DNA from: a bacterium
Lineage (GTDB): Bacteria; Patescibacteriota; Minisyncoccia; JAUYLV01
Direction of reading: 5' to 3'
Assembly (NCBI GenBank): GCA_030649025.1
Contig: JAUSGO010000031.1
Coordinates: 9,745-73,744, forward strand
Length of the DNA: 64,000 nucleotides
Shown here: piece after piece, positions 39,091 to 49,099 of the stretch
How positions within the stretch are numbered: the first letter of the stretch is position 1
Layout: the number at the start of each line of letters is the position of its first letter
Position numbers and translations under genes: made by a program
The notes under the pieces: generated by a model
Told to the model about the DNA's origin: nothing
Database searches by the model: none
Seen by the model: the letters and a program-made list of their open reading frames with translations, nothing else

Positions 39091-40887
39091 TTACCGGGGG
39101 GCGGCTATCATACTCTGTTTTTCGCGTTTTTGCAACTCGCCGGATACCCGGGTGAATTCTTCAAGGATCACGGAGCGCAGCGAGACATTCGCGGATTTGA
39201 CCTCCTGGCCCAACGTTCTCAGGCGCTCACGAAGCTTGCGTAGCGAAAGTTCATGGATGAACGCCTCCATTTCTTTTACGGGATTGATCTTCGGAAGCGT
39301 CTCGGTATAACGGTCCGCCTTAAGCAAAAGTTGGTCCAGATGCATCTGGAATTCTTCCGAAACAACATCCGGCGCTTCCTTGGAAGAATCGGTTTGTATG
39401 CTGGGTATAATATGAAGGAAGAGCGAGCGCGTATGTTCCGAAGAAAAAAGGTCCTGCGTGAGGTGCTGGGCAAGAAGGCGGCCCGCATCGGGATACTTCA
39501 CAAGGAACGCAATAAGAAATTCCTCTATGTCCGACCATCGGCTTCGGACAATTTGAGCAGGAACGGAAGAAGTTTGAGATGGCTCGCTTCGATGTTCTTG
39601 GGGAATCTTTTGCATCGCCTCGTGTAAAAAACGCTCTTCAACGCCGATGGATCCTGCCAGTTTTGCCAAATAATGGCCCTGCATGACGGGGTTGGGGAAA
39701 ATGCGGATAAAAGGAAGAAGATCGTCGGTAATTCTGCGCTTGCCTTCCGGCGTTTTGGTATCGCTTACAAAAGAAGCTTTCTGCAGGTAATAATCCATTG
39801 CGGGCATTGCCTCTTCAACCGCACGAAGCCAGCTTGATGCATCCTGCAAAACCAGATCGGCAGGATCCTTTCCCCCTTCGATGCGGATAATGCAGACCGC
39901 GATATCGCAAGACAAAAGAAGCATGACGGAGCGCTTGGTTGCCAAGATCCCTGCTTCGTCGCTGTCGAAAGCCGTCGAAACATTTGAAGCGTACCGCTTA
40001 AGGAGTCTGGCGTGCTCCTGGGTAAGCGCGGTACCGGATGTCGCAACCGTGTGCAGGATGCCGGCCTGATGGGACAAGAGAAGATCGAACTGACCTTCCA
40101 CAAGCACCGCATGGTCTTTTTCCCGGATAGCCTGTTTAGCCCTGTCCAGACCGTAAAGAAGCCTGCTTTTGCTATATATGAGTGTTTCCGGGGTATTTAC
40201 ATACTTTGCCGGCGTCATGGAAGACCCTGCCGGATGGCGAGACTCGTAGTGCCGTCCGGAAAACCCGACCGCATTTCCCTGAATATCAAAAAGCGGAAAC
40301 ATGATGCGGTTATGAAAACGGTCTCTCCAGTCTCCCCGTTCCGTCCGTATGGCAAGCCCCGCGTGTTCTATCTCCTCCGGCCGGAACCCTTTGAATTTAA
40401 GATGACGCAAAAGACCGTCCCATGAAGCGCTCGGCGCATATCCAAGCCTGAAGTTCTCGGAGGTATCGGTGGCTACTCCCCGACCTATAAGATATTCTCG
40501 TATCTCGCGCTCCGTCTCCTTAGCCAATGTTTCCTGGTAGAACGCAACGGCGGCTTTAAGAGTGTCGTACATGCGCGCGCGCTCGCTCCGCACCCGTGGA
40601 TCCTCCTGCCTAAGGACAACGCCGGCTCGATCGGCCAAGATACGCAGAGCATCGGGGAATTCAACGCCGTCCATTTTCATCACGAACGAGAACATGTCTC
40701 CCCCGAGGCCGCATCCGAAGCAGTGCCATATCTGCTTGTCTTTCGAAACATAAAACGATGGGGTTTTTTCATGGTGAAAGGGGCAGAGCCCTTTTAGGTT
40801 TGCTCCGACCTGATTTAGTTTCATGTAGCCCCCGATGACATCGGCCACATCAAGGCGATTTTTTACTTCTTCGGATGGGGAAAGCAT
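39091..40887 (-). CDS. dnaG: DNA primase
   Basis: [14 protein letters not shown] zinc finger, [24 protein letters not shown]. Confidence 0.96.
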   Translation of the reverse strand: MLSPSEEVKNRLDVADVIGGYMKLNQVGANLKGLCPFHHEKTPSFYVSKDKQIWHCFGCGLGGDMFSFVMKMDGVEFPDALRILADRAGVVLRQEDPRVRSERARMYDTLKAAVAFYQETLAKETEREIREYLIGRGVATDTSENFRLGYAPSASWDGLLRHLKFKGFRPEEIEHAGLAIRTERGDWRDRFHNRIMFPLFDIQGNAVGFSGRHYESRHPAGSSMTPAKYVNTPETLIYSKSRLLYGLDRAKQAIREKDHAVLVEGQFDLLLSHQAGILHTVATSGTALTQEHARLLKRYASNVSTAFDSDEAGILATKRSVMLLLSCDIAVCIIRIEGGKDPADLVLQDASSWLRAVEEAMPAMDYYLQKASFVSDTKTPEGKRRITDDLLPFIRIFPNPVMQGHYLAKLAGSIGVEERFLHEAMQKIPQEHRSEPSQTSSVPAQIVRSRWSDIEEFLIAFLVKYPDAGRLLAQHLTQDLFSSEHTRSLFLHIIPSIQTDSSKEAPDVVSEEFQMHLDQLLLKADRYTETLPKINPVKEMEAFIHELSLRKLRERLRTLGQEVKSANVSLRSVILEEFTRVSGELQKREKQSMIAAPR

Positions 40888-40991
40888 ACTCGTGAGTAAA
40901 ACTCAAAAGATAAAAGTCAAAACTACAACTTAAAAATCAAAATTTTCTTCCAGAAAATTCTTGTAATCAAAAAATTCTCATTTTACGTTCA

Positions 40992-41480
40992 CTACCGGGC
41001 ATACACAACGCTCACTTTCGTTTCATTTTGCGAAAGGGCAAAAAGAACCACATGGACCGATGCAAGCCCTTTGGTGCCCCGAAGCGTCGTATATCCTTCC
41101 CCGGATGTTCTGAAACCAAGCGTCCAGCCCTGTGTCCTAAAAACTTCAAGATAAAAAGTTTCCAGTTTTTCAAGCGGCAGGGAGGCGCGATATGCGACGC
41201 TTTGCTGGAGTGCTCCGGTAAAAGCGGTCGTCTCTTCCGCCGAAAACCCCCGCTGGGCTGAAGGCGCAATAAATATCCGGGGGAAGGCTTCGGGAAGGGT
41301 GCCAAGCCGAAGAATATCCTTTCCTGCTTTTGGCAGGGTAAAGCCCGATAAATCTGCCGGATCCGATTCCTTTCTGCTACCTATAAAATCCCTGTACAAC
41401 CCAAAAAATATGGGGTGCGTGTAATATATAACACCCGTAAGTACAATGCCGCAAATAATGGGAATAGCGCTTCGACGCAT
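40992..41480 (-). CDS. Single-TM hypothetical protein (paralog of 19627..20199)
   Basis: LPEAFP and FY..F..QGW motifs. Confidence 0.7.
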   Translation of the reverse strand: MRRSAIPIICGIVLTGVIYYTHPIFFGLYRDFIGSRKESDPADLSGFTLPKAGKDILRLGTLPEAFPRIFIAPSAQRGFSAEETTAFTGALQQSVAYRASLPLEKLETFYLEVFRTQGWTLGFRTSGEGYTTLRGTKGLASVHVVLFALSQNETKVSVVYAR

Positions 41481-41510
41481 AACTGAATTTGTTTTTCAAC
41501 TTAACAGCTT

Positions 41511-43838
41511 CTAAGGAACTAATTGTCCGCACACATATACCTGAAATCCCAGGAACGTCATCATTGAGACAAAAACAGGCTTTGCAAGGAGCAGCACCAA
41601 AAGCCCCAAGACTCCCGCCCCAAGCGCCTGTTTGCCCTTTTGAACCCGCGCGGGATTTCCAAGCGAAAGGAAAAGGGAGAATCCCGCAAGCACGATAAGA
41701 ATGGCAAATGAGGGAATACCGTACCGGACGAGCACCTTATACACTTCGCAGAGCGAGTAATCGGGAACGCCGCTGACGGGAGGCGCTGTGGGTCCCACAA
41801 TATCTTCCACCGTAAGCGTGCAGGAAGCCGTATTGGCTTTCTGGGGACTGGAACTGTCCGTAACATCAACCGTTGCGTTGTAAATACCGGGATCCGGAAA
41901 TGTTTGGTTAAAGGCGCATGTGCTTTTGCCGTCAATGAGGGGGCTGTCCGAATGCCATGCGCACGAATAAGGCTCCGTGCCGTTTGAAACGTTAATGCTG
42001 AAATCTGCCGTTCCGTCTTCGCTGATAAGGCTTGGAGACATGCGGCATGAGGCATCAAGTATTGATACGCATCTGCCTTCTGCCGTGCATACCTCGCCCT
42101 CTCCAGAACAGGTGCCGCAATCCAGGCATCCGGTCTGGTTATCCGGATTTGGATCGCCGGGAATACAGGCATCACAGCCGTTGGACCACGCACCGCACTG
42201 GGCTCCACCGCTAGCGACCGTGCTACAGGTCTTCGGAATACAAGGGATTTTGGTAAACTCTATAAGAAATTCTGTGGGACGCACCGCATCCAGAGTCCCA
42301 TTAAGTAGTTCGGTGCACGGCTTCTCATCTGTGATATCAACGAGTCCGGGAGTGCCCGCAGAAGAGTTTGGATCAGTGGTTCCCCCCGGCGTAAAATTCG
42401 GGTCATAGGTTCCCCCCGGAGAATAGGTCGGATAATAGCCCCCTCCCTGCGCAAAACTTTGGTTTACGATTCCCGGCGCAAAGCCTTGAGCAATAGTATC
42501 TTGTCCCATATCAAAGCTCTGGTCGATAAGGCGCAATTTGCAGGTGTAATTGGCAAAAAGCGATTCGGTGCCCGGCGGCACGCTCAACGTGTAGGAACCA
42601 AGTTCCATCTTATCATCGTCAAAGGCCAAGGCGGGGGTTGTTGTTGCTGTACCCGGAGCTCCCGCGGTGCTCTCTTTGCGCTCATACGGCGAGGGGCCCT
42701 GGAGAATGAAGGGAAGCCCCAGCTCCGTATCCGGAGCCTCGGCCTTTACGGAACGCACGATGATGCGTCCCGTCACGTTGTAGGCAAGACATAATCCATC
42801 TATTCCCGCATCATCGTCAATTGAGAATTTAATTCCGTAAATGATCCGCCGGGAAGGAGGCAGATTGGGATCGGTAATATCCACTACCGGCGCGGAGTAT
42901 TGGCACTCATTGTACCATCCGCTGTTGCTTCCCGATGCTTTACATCTATTACTCTCGCTCCGCGCATTCTTGTTGGGATCGGGCAGGTCGCTTACAAGCC
43001 GCACGGTTTTGAGATCCATGCCGCCTCTATAGTCACGTTCATCACAGGTACCGTTGTAATCAGCCGGGCTAAGATTATCCAATCCCCTGCCGCTCCAGCC
43101 AAGCAAGGGCCCTATAAGCGTGCCCGATGCCTTATCAACCTTCCGGAATATCTGAAAATAGCAGGGAAGTGTAGGAGACCCATCATCCATATCATCTATA
43201 TCATAACCCCTGCCGCCGCTCGTGCGCGAAGGAGTGAAGCGCCATCCGACGGCATATTTGTCTCTTGGCACAAAAACTTCATAGTCCTTCCTGTCGGGCA
43301 AGTCTCCTGAATTGCACATTCTGGCATGTTGTGCTCCGAGTTGTCCCAATCCCGTAGGGTTATATTTTATCGCGCCACCGGGCTGCAATTCTCCTTCATA
43401 GACATTGGTCATGCATTCTTTATCGTCCGACCCGAAACCGAAGCCGACCATGGCGTATCCTTGTGGACCTACAGTAAGGGCGCCGGGTCCTTCAAGCGGC
43501 GTTCTATTATTTAAATACCAGCTGATGAGTTTGTAGGTAACGAATATGGTAGTAAGAACTATGCCTACAATCGGTATAACATTCGAGCTTAAAATACTGG
43601 AGCCTCCTCCGCCACCTAACGATACCTCTTTTATGGGTTCGAGAAGAATACTGACAGCATTCGCGTCTTGAACGGGATTGAGCGGATCTGCTCTTGCTTC
43701 TAGTGCAGTACTCCCTTCACAGACCGCGGCGATATCCTGGGCTAGAGCTTCCTTGGGTGCGTGCGCCAAAAGCACGCTTAAAAGAATTGCGCCGGCTATT
43801 AAAATTCTTTTATTGTAGAGCATACCAAGAAACATCAT
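41511..43838 (-). CDS. Large surface protein: uncharacterised domain, Cys-rich linker, PKD-like domain and C-terminal pilin-like segment
   Basis: GFGFGSDD domain; YSCAW..PGIYNATVDVTDS PKD-like; IVLAGFSLFLSLGNPARVQKGKQAL..GVLG pilin-like end. Confidence 0.75.
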   Translation of the reverse strand: MMFLGMLYNKRILIAGAILLSVLLAHAPKEALAQDIAAVCEGSTALEARADPLNPVQDANAVSILLEPIKEVSLGGGGGSSILSSNVIPIVGIVLTTIFVTYKLISWYLNNRTPLEGPGALTVGPQGYAMVGFGFGSDDKECMTNVYEGELQPGGAIKYNPTGLGQLGAQHARMCNSGDLPDRKDYEVFVPRDKYAVGWRFTPSRTSGGRGYDIDDMDDGSPTLPCYFQIFRKVDKASGTLIGPLLGWSGRGLDNLSPADYNGTCDERDYRGGMDLKTVRLVSDLPDPNKNARSESNRCKASGSNSGWYNECQYSAPVVDITDPNLPPSRRIIYGIKFSIDDDAGIDGLCLAYNVTGRIIVRSVKAEAPDTELGLPFILQGPSPYERKESTAGAPGTATTTPALAFDDDKMELGSYTLSVPPGTESLFANYTCKLRLIDQSFDMGQDTIAQGFAPGIVNQSFAQGGGYYPTYSPGGTYDPNFTPGGTTDPNSSAGTPGLVDITDEKPCTELLNGTLDAVRPTEFLIEFTKIPCIPKTCSTVASGGAQCGAWSNGCDACIPGDPNPDNQTGCLDCGTCSGEGEVCTAEGRCVSILDASCRMSPSLISEDGTADFSINVSNGTEPYSCAWHSDSPLIDGKSTCAFNQTFPDPGIYNATVDVTDSSSPQKANTASCTLTVEDIVGPTAPPVSGVPDYSLCEVYKVLVRYGIPSFAILIVLAGFSLFLSLGNPARVQKGKQALGAGVLGLLVLLLAKPVFVSMMTFLGFQVYVCGQLVP

Positions 43839-43857
43839 AACTCAATATACTATATCA

Positions 43858-44253
43858 TCAACACGTCATGGACGTAAGCCGTAAGCCGATGAAATGCAGG
43901 AAGATAATGATAATGCTTTTTGCAAAAAGAAGTACAAGGAGCCCTATGACAGCTGCTTCAAGCGTGGTTTTTGCCGTGCGCCTTCTTGCCTCGTCCCCCT
44001 GCGAGGTCAAAAACCTTATGCCCGCAATGCCGATAATGATGACAACCACAATAAGTCCGAGGGTAACGAGCCAATTTGCCGCAGTACAAAAAATACTATA
44101 GAAAGAAAGAGATGGCAGAGGGTTTTTGGTGGTGAGGTCGTAGATCTCTTCTGCAAGAGCGCCCCTCGCCCTAAAAAAAACAATGCCGGCTAAAATAAAA
44201 AAGGCGGCAGGAAGCGTAGACAATTCGATATTAAACTTTTTAAAAGGATTCAT
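43858..44253 (-). CDS. TrbC/VirB2-like pilin
   Basis: NPL..; IAGIRFLTSQGDE..AKTTLEAAVIGLLVLL. Confidence 0.8.
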   Translation of the reverse strand: MNPFKKFNIELSTLPAAFFILAGIVFFRARGALAEEIYDLTTKNPLPSLSFYSIFCTAANWLVTLGLIVVVIIIGIAGIRFLTSQGDEARRRTAKTTLEAAVIGLLVLLFAKSIIIIFLHFIGLRLTSMTC

Positions 44254-44272
44254 GGGTGGATGCCGTATGCCC

Positions 44273-44300
44273 GGCGGAGGGTGCGGGGTTCGAACTCGCG
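44273..44300 (-). repeat. Degenerate duplicate of a tRNA-Ser 3' end (att-like)
   Basis: CGCGAGTTCGAACCCCGCACCCTCCGCC compared with the tRNA end CAGAGGTTCGAATCCTCTCGCCTCCGCC. Confidence 0.55.
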
Positions 44301-44410
44301 GTTCCTGGATAGCTTTTCACTCATTGAAGACATTGTAGCTACCCGCGAAAAGCCAAGACTTTGGCTTTTCGCCCCTTGCGGGTCGCACGCTTTCTGTTGA
44401 AAAACCTAGC

Positions 44411-44498
44411 TGGCGGAGGCGAGAGGATTCGAACCTCTGATACCTTGCGGTATACTCGCTTTCCAAGCGAGCGCACTCGACCGCTATGCGACGCCTCC
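44411..44498 (-). tRNA. tRNA-Ser(GGA)
   Basis: GGAGGCG acceptor, CTCGC-TTGGAAA-GCGAG anticodon arm, long variable arm, GTTCGAATC, encoded CCA. Confidence 0.95.
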
Positions 44499-44671
44499 TT
44501 AATGTGAAAATAAGCGCACTAGTTCCTGGGTCGCCTCTCATCCATTAGAAACAAAGTAGCAACCCGCGGAATCTGAAAACCTTCAGATTCCGCCCATTAT
44601 GAGAACCCTCCGTCCCCTCGTCTTACAACCATTACCCAAAAGACTTCCCCACTCTCCAAGGGGGTCCTTTG

Positions 44672-45304
44672 CTACTGCGGTGTCAGCTGGTACATCGCCC
44701 GAGAGCCGGGGTTCTGGCCGAATGCGATTGTGTAGCCTGCAAGCGCCTGCTGGCTGTTTCGCTCATCAATATCGAAAATGACTTCTCCTTTTTTTGTGGC
44801 ACCGGCACCAACTCCATAATTCAGGAATTCGCTCGACCATCCCGCGGGCGGCATAATGGACCCATCGGGGGTGATGAGGCGCATATCGGCATTCGTGAAA
44901 GGACCCGAGGGCCCTTTTCCGACATTAAGGATCTCGAAGCTCACTACGACAAATTTTCTTCCCGGAGCAATCGGCTTTTGATCATTATAGGTATCGCGGT
45001 ACTCTACCTTCAATACATCAAGCTTTAATTCCGCTCCTCCCGCAACGGTGTAGGCGACATTTTCGGGACCTTTCACGGGAGCGAATTTGTCTTTCTCCGG
45101 GCTTAGCCGATTGATGAGCCCCACCACCGCAAAACCGAGGCCAAGAATGATGACGGCAACCAAAATAATGCTTGCGACAGGGAAGATCTTGCTTTTTTGG
45201 AATTGCTTCCACATGTCCCCCAGCGAGGAACCGGGAGAGGACGGGGATGAAGACGGTAAAGGAGGACGAAAATTCTGTTGTGGAGGATTGATGTCCATAT
45301 CCAT
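44672..45304 (-). CDS. DUF4352-like membrane-anchored protein
   Basis: TM helix followed by GRKFVVVSFEILNVG..GATKKGEVIFDI. Confidence 0.7.
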   Translation of the reverse strand: MDMDINPPQQNFRPPLPSSSPSSPGSSLGDMWKQFQKSKIFPVASIILVAVIILGLGFAVVGLINRLSPEKDKFAPVKGPENVAYTVAGGAELKLDVLKVEYRDTYNDQKPIAPGRKFVVVSFEILNVGKGPSGPFTNADMRLITPDGSIMPPAGWSSEFLNYGVGAGATKKGEVIFDIDERNSQQALAGYTIAFGQNPGSRAMYQLTPQ

Positions 45305-45330
45305 TGAGATTAGTGAAATAAATTAGAGAT

Positions 45331-46239
45331 TTAAATTTTTATTCCTCGTAATGCCGCAATACGCTCTTCGATGGGCGGATGCGTCATGAAAAGTTTTGCG
45401 AACCAGCTTACGCGCCCATCGCGCCCTGCCAAGGGAGAAGCGATATAGAGGTGCGCGGTGGCGTTGGACGCCATCTCGAGTTTCGGCGCGTAAGATATTT
45501 TTTCAAGCGCTCGCGCAAGTCCTTCCGGATACCGCGTGACCAAGGCTCCCGCAGCATCGGCCAAAAATTCCCTCCTGCGCGATACCGCAAACTGTATCAT
45601 CTGTGCCGCAAGCGGGGCCAAAAGCGCAAAAAGAATTCCAAGCGCCAGGAAAATAATGCCGGCACTGCCCCCTCCTTCCCTGTCACGTCGTCCTCTTCCT
45701 CCAAAGAAAGAAAACCGGAAGAACCAATCGGCAAGCAGAACCACCAGTCCGGCCAATATCGCCACAACGGTAGACACAAGCGTGTCGCGATTGCCAATGT
45801 GACTCATCTCATGCGCCAACACGCCCTCAAGCTCGCTTTTTTCAAGCGTCCGCATAATACCTTCCGTCACCGCTACCACCCCATGCGCCGGATCTCGCCC
45901 AGTTGCAAAGGCGTTCAGAGCGTGGCTCGGGAGCATAAAGAGCCGTGGCATGGGAAGCCCCATCGTCAGGGCAAGATTTTCAACAATACGGTAAAACTCC
46001 GGGTTGTCCTTCTTTTCGATGGGACGCGCCTGATGAAGCGCTAAGACAATTCTATCAGACCACCAGTAAGATGCAATGCTCATCGCGGAACTGAACATGA
46101 CCGCGAAAAATAATATTTCCGGGCTTCCGTACACCCGAGAGAACAGCCACCCGAGCATAATGACAAAACCAAAAAAAAGGCTTATGAGAAGCCAGGTTTT
46201 ATGGATATTCGATTCGGCTTGTTGGTAAAGAGTCGGCAT
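45331..46239 (-). CDS. htpX: Zinc metalloprotease HtpX (M48)
   Basis: NAFATG, HEMSH, SRRREFLAD, THPP. Confidence 0.95.
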   Translation of the reverse strand: MPTLYQQAESNIHKTWLLISLFFGFVIMLGWLFSRVYGSPEILFFAVMFSSAMSIASYWWSDRIVLALHQARPIEKKDNPEFYRIVENLALTMGLPMPRLFMLPSHALNAFATGRDPAHGVVAVTEGIMRTLEKSELEGVLAHEMSHIGNRDTLVSTVVAILAGLVVLLADWFFRFSFFGGRGRRDREGGGSAGIIFLALGILFALLAPLAAQMIQFAVSRRREFLADAAGALVTRYPEGLARALEKISYAPKLEMASNATAHLYIASPLAGRDGRVSWFAKLFMTHPPIEERIAALRGIKI

Positions 46240-46245
46240 GCTTTT

Positions 46246-46545
46246 CTAAAGAAAACTTCCATACCTTCCGCCTAACGCCTTTTGTAATTCCACATCAAGC
46301 GTCTTCAGCATACCTCGGTATGACCTATCGATGACCGGCGTAACATTTCCCAGGAACTGCTTCAGTTCTTTCTCGTCCATGCCCCGGAATTGCCCATGTT
46401 CATTCAGATACCCGGCCGCCATAGCCCGTATTTTCTGAAATTCCTCATGAGGAACACCGCGATGCTTGCGGGAGACCGCACTTAGCACCTTCTCGAATTC
46501 TTCTTCCGAAACAACGCGAGACGGCGGATTGTTGAATAGACCCAT
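46246..46545 (-). CDS. Hypothetical protein
   Basis: 99-aa ORF between lemA and htpX on the same strand. Confidence 0.6.
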   Translation of the reverse strand: MGLFNNPPSRVVSEEEFEKVLSAVSRKHRGVPHEEFQKIRAMAAGYLNEHGQFRGMDEKELKQFLGNVTPVIDRSYRGMLKTLDVELQKALGGRYGSFL

Positions 46546-46555
46546 AAGCGCTTCG

Positions 46556-46667
46556 CTTAAATTTAAAACTCAAAAGTCAAAAATCAAAATTTTGGAGTCT
46601 TGTGAAGGTTTTACGCGTAAAACCTTCATGCCTCAACAATTTTACATTTTGAGATTTACATTTTGCA
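46556..46667. repeat. Heptamer-array palindrome, family A
   Basis: CAAAAGT/CAAAAAT units, TGAAGGTTTTACGCGTAAAACCTTCA core, TTTTACA/TTTTGAG units. Confidence 0.75.
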
Positions 46668-47228
46668 TTAGAATTTCACTTTCACCGGCTCTTTGGCTGC
46701 GGGATTATCAAGATCAAAAAATTCTTTTTTGGCAAACCCAAACCATCCGGCGACGATATTCGAAGGAAAGGATTCCACTTTGGTGTTCAGCTCCATGACC
46801 ACGGAGTTAAAAAATCTCCGCGCGGCCTGGATCTTATCCTCCGTATCGGTCAGTTCGCGCTGCAACTCCAAAAAATTCTGATTGGCTTTCAGGTCCGGAT
46901 AATTTTCGGAGACCGCAAAGAGGGTCTTTAGGGCTCCGGAGAGCATGTTCTCGGCCTGCAAGTGCTCTTTGTTTTGCGTACCGCCGCTCTGCATCGCCCG
47001 CGTCCGCGCTTCCGTCACTTTCTCAAAAACCCCCTTTTCGTGACCGGCGTATCCCTTCACCGTCTCCAATAAATTCGGGATAAGATCGTACCGGCGTTTT
47101 TGCTGTACTTCGATGTCGGACTCGGCTTCCTGTGTTCGCTGGCGCAAGCGAATAAAGCCGTTATACATGGCAATAAACCAAAGTAGGAGAACAACGATAA
47201 GCGCAATGAGTATGTACCAGATATTCAT
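46668..47228 (-). CDS. lemA: LemA-family protein
   Basis: RRYDLIPNL, YPDLKANQNF, ARRFFN, FPSNIVA. Confidence 0.95.
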   Translation of the reverse strand: MNIWYILIALIVVLLLWFIAMYNGFIRLRQRTQEAESDIEVQQKRRYDLIPNLLETVKGYAGHEKGVFEKVTEARTRAMQSGGTQNKEHLQAENMLSGALKTLFAVSENYPDLKANQNFLELQRELTDTEDKIQAARRFFNSVVMELNTKVESFPSNIVAGWFGFAKKEFFDLDNPAAKEPVKVKF

Positions 47229-47365
47229 ATATTTTTAACTATGTTAATGCTGTAAAATACCCCAACATCAGTATACCAAATGGAAGAAAGTCTAGCAAAA
47301 AAGCCTCAACAGAGGCGCACCTTGAGACTCCGGGCTAGATTTAAATGCTCTCCGGCTTTACCGCC

Positions 47366-47896
47366 CTATGGAACTTGCCCGGTGCTTCCTGCTTTTTGGT
47401 GATATAAAATAATGTCCTTGACGCGTTCAGGGTGCGGAATGGTTTTGAAGGTAAAGGCGGGGCCTTCGCCGGCGGTTCCCACGACCAGGTCTCCGAATTT
47501 CAATGTCGTAGCCAGGGCTCCTTTAATTTCTACCCGCACATCCTGTACGCGCGAAATGAGAAATTCCGATATTTCACGGTGAAAAATATCATGCTGATCG
47601 ATCTTCACGATCCGTTCCGTGGTGATAATGGCAACATCGAACCAGTATTTAGACCATGAAAGAAAGGTAAAGGCCCAGACGGCATACAGCCAAAGCGCAG
47701 CCAGAAGCCACAGGATGTCTTGCGCCGCTCCTTCTAAAATCTGCGGAATTGATATGTTCAGAAGCAGCAAGGCTAGCGGCACGGCAAGCACCAGGATAAA
47801 CGAAGTTCCTGCCGACCCCAAAAACACAATCCAGTGCGGCCGGGTTACCGCAATGATCGTTTCCTTTTCGTGTTGGCCGAGAAAATGCTTGAACAA
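47366..47896 (-). CDS. Membrane-flanked bacterial PH-domain protein
   Basis: RPHW, IITTERI, VQDV, FGDLVVGTAG. Confidence 0.8.
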   Translation of the reverse strand: MFKHFLGQHEKETIIAVTRPHWIVFLGSAGTSFILVLAVPLALLLLNISIPQILEGAAQDILWLLAALWLYAVWAFTFLSWSKYWFDVAIITTERIVKIDQHDIFHREISEFLISRVQDVRVEIKGALATTLKFGDLVVGTAGEGPAFTFKTIPHPERVKDIILYHQKAGSTGQVP

Positions 47897-47906
47897 ATAA
47901 AATATT

Positions 47907-48158
47907 TTAACGGAAAATATTGTTCAGTTGGACCGTAAGATCATCCGCGATGCTTGAGGCGGCATCGTTCCATGAAACGCGCAGAAAGAGCAGTATAATG
48001 ACGGCCACGAACACCGCATTGCCGCCGGTGAAAACGGCGATCATGCTGTGATGCACGCGATCATCTTCCACGATATATTTTTTTAAATACCAAAGAATAA
48101 CCGCATTCCACGAGAGAATCGCAAGAAATGCGACAAGAAAAAAAACGACAATAATCAT
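47907..48158 (-). CDS. Small two-TM membrane protein
   Basis: Hydrophobic; overlaps the upstream stop codon. Confidence 0.65.
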   Translation of the reverse strand: MIIVVFFLVAFLAILSWNAVILWYLKKYIVEDDRVHHSMIAVFTGGNAVFVAVIILLFLRVSWNDAASSIADDLTVQLNNIFR

Positions 48159-48727
48159 AGTTGCAGTCTTAGTGGCGCTTCATGCGCCGGGGTCTTCTTC
48201 CAGGAAACCGACGCCTCGCGGGCCTCGCCAAAACGATCTTCAAATAAAAGCTTTCCGTGCCGAGCCCCATATTCATACACCATGCGGGTAAGCTTCACGT
48301 CCTGCAGACAATACTCCGCAAGCTCTTTCAACTTTCCTTCTTTATAAAGCCGCAATGCTTTGAGGCCGTCTCCGGTCTTTCGTTCTCCCAGGGTTTTGGA
48401 AGCGATGCTGTCCAAACTTACGCGGTGACCAAGATTTTTTGCGACTTCTTCAAGAATATCCAGCGTCGGCAAAGCTTTGAGATTGATAGAGACGTGGGGC
48501 TGAAGCACCGCGTAATCAAAATTCTTTATGTTAAACCCGATGACGCGGTCTGCTCGCCGGAGCATTTCTTCAAGATCCTTAAGCTCATTTTCGAGAAATG
48601 ACCTGTAGGCATCTTTTGCATAATCGTAGATACCCACCAAAGAGACTTCAAGCAAGTGAAAGTTGGTTCTTCCTCCCACGTCATCAAATGATTTTTTTGT
48701 CTCAAGATCCAGAACAAGTTCGGCCAT
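48155..48727 (-). CDS. RNase_H_2/YprB-like 3'-5' exonuclease domain protein
   Basis: VLDLET, IGFNIKNFD, YCLQDV (DEDDy). Confidence 0.85.
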   Translation of the reverse strand: MAELVLDLETKKSFDDVGGRTNFHLLEVSLVGIYDYAKDAYRSFLENELKDLEEMLRRADRVIGFNIKNFDYAVLQPHVSINLKALPTLDILEEVAKNLGHRVSLDSIASKTLGERKTGDGLKALRLYKEGKLKELAEYCLQDVKLTRMVYEYGARHGKLLFEDRFGEAREASVSWKKTPAHEAPLRLQL

Positions 48728-49099
48728 GCCAATGTGATCTAAATTTTAAGCCGAGCTCGATGCGAGGCGTGAAAATTTAGCCATCACATTGAGCACCCCG
48801 CCCTCTAAGCGTTTAGAGGATGATTCTTTTTCTGAGAGCTCGCCACGCACTCCCATAGTGCTTCAGTTTTCTTTCGCGCTCTCGGGCCACTTTCTCTGCC
48901 TGATAGGCTTCATAGTATATGAGTTCGCAGGGCCACTCTTTCTGATGCTCCGCAAGACGCCTGGGCAAATTGTTTGTATACCCAATGTACCACTCACCCT
49001 TTTTGCGATGTAGCACGTACGTGTAGTGCATAGAGGGCGGGGTAAAGAGCTTGTTGCTGAAATTCGTTCGCGACAAGGCGCTCCGAATTTCAGACAAGC
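48728..49099 (-). mobile_element. Three-hairpin stop-to-start element, copy 1, carrying a GIY-YIG gene
   Basis: Fills the whole intergenic gap. Stems GCTTGT-CTGAAATTCG/CGAATTTCAG-CA-ACAAGC, ACCCCGCCCTCTA/TAGAGGGCGGGGT and CAATGTGAT-GG-CTAAATTTT/AAAATTTAG-ATCACATTG. Confidence 0.8.
48813..49031 (-). CDS. Minimal GIY-YIG nuclease (72 aa)
   Basis: MHYTYVL..WYIGYT..RRL.EH..YYEAY..ARERERKLK. The ATG lies at the inner edge of the central stem. Confidence 0.85.
   Translation of the reverse strand: MHYTYVLHRKKGEWYIGYTNNLPRRLAEHQKEWPCELIYYEAYQAEKVARERERKLKHYGSAWRALRKRIIL

Noticed and set aside
49032-49097. N-terminal extension of the GIY-YIG ORF from 49097
   Set aside because: It is the P1/P2 stem sequence; the paralog begins MHY, matching ATG 49031.
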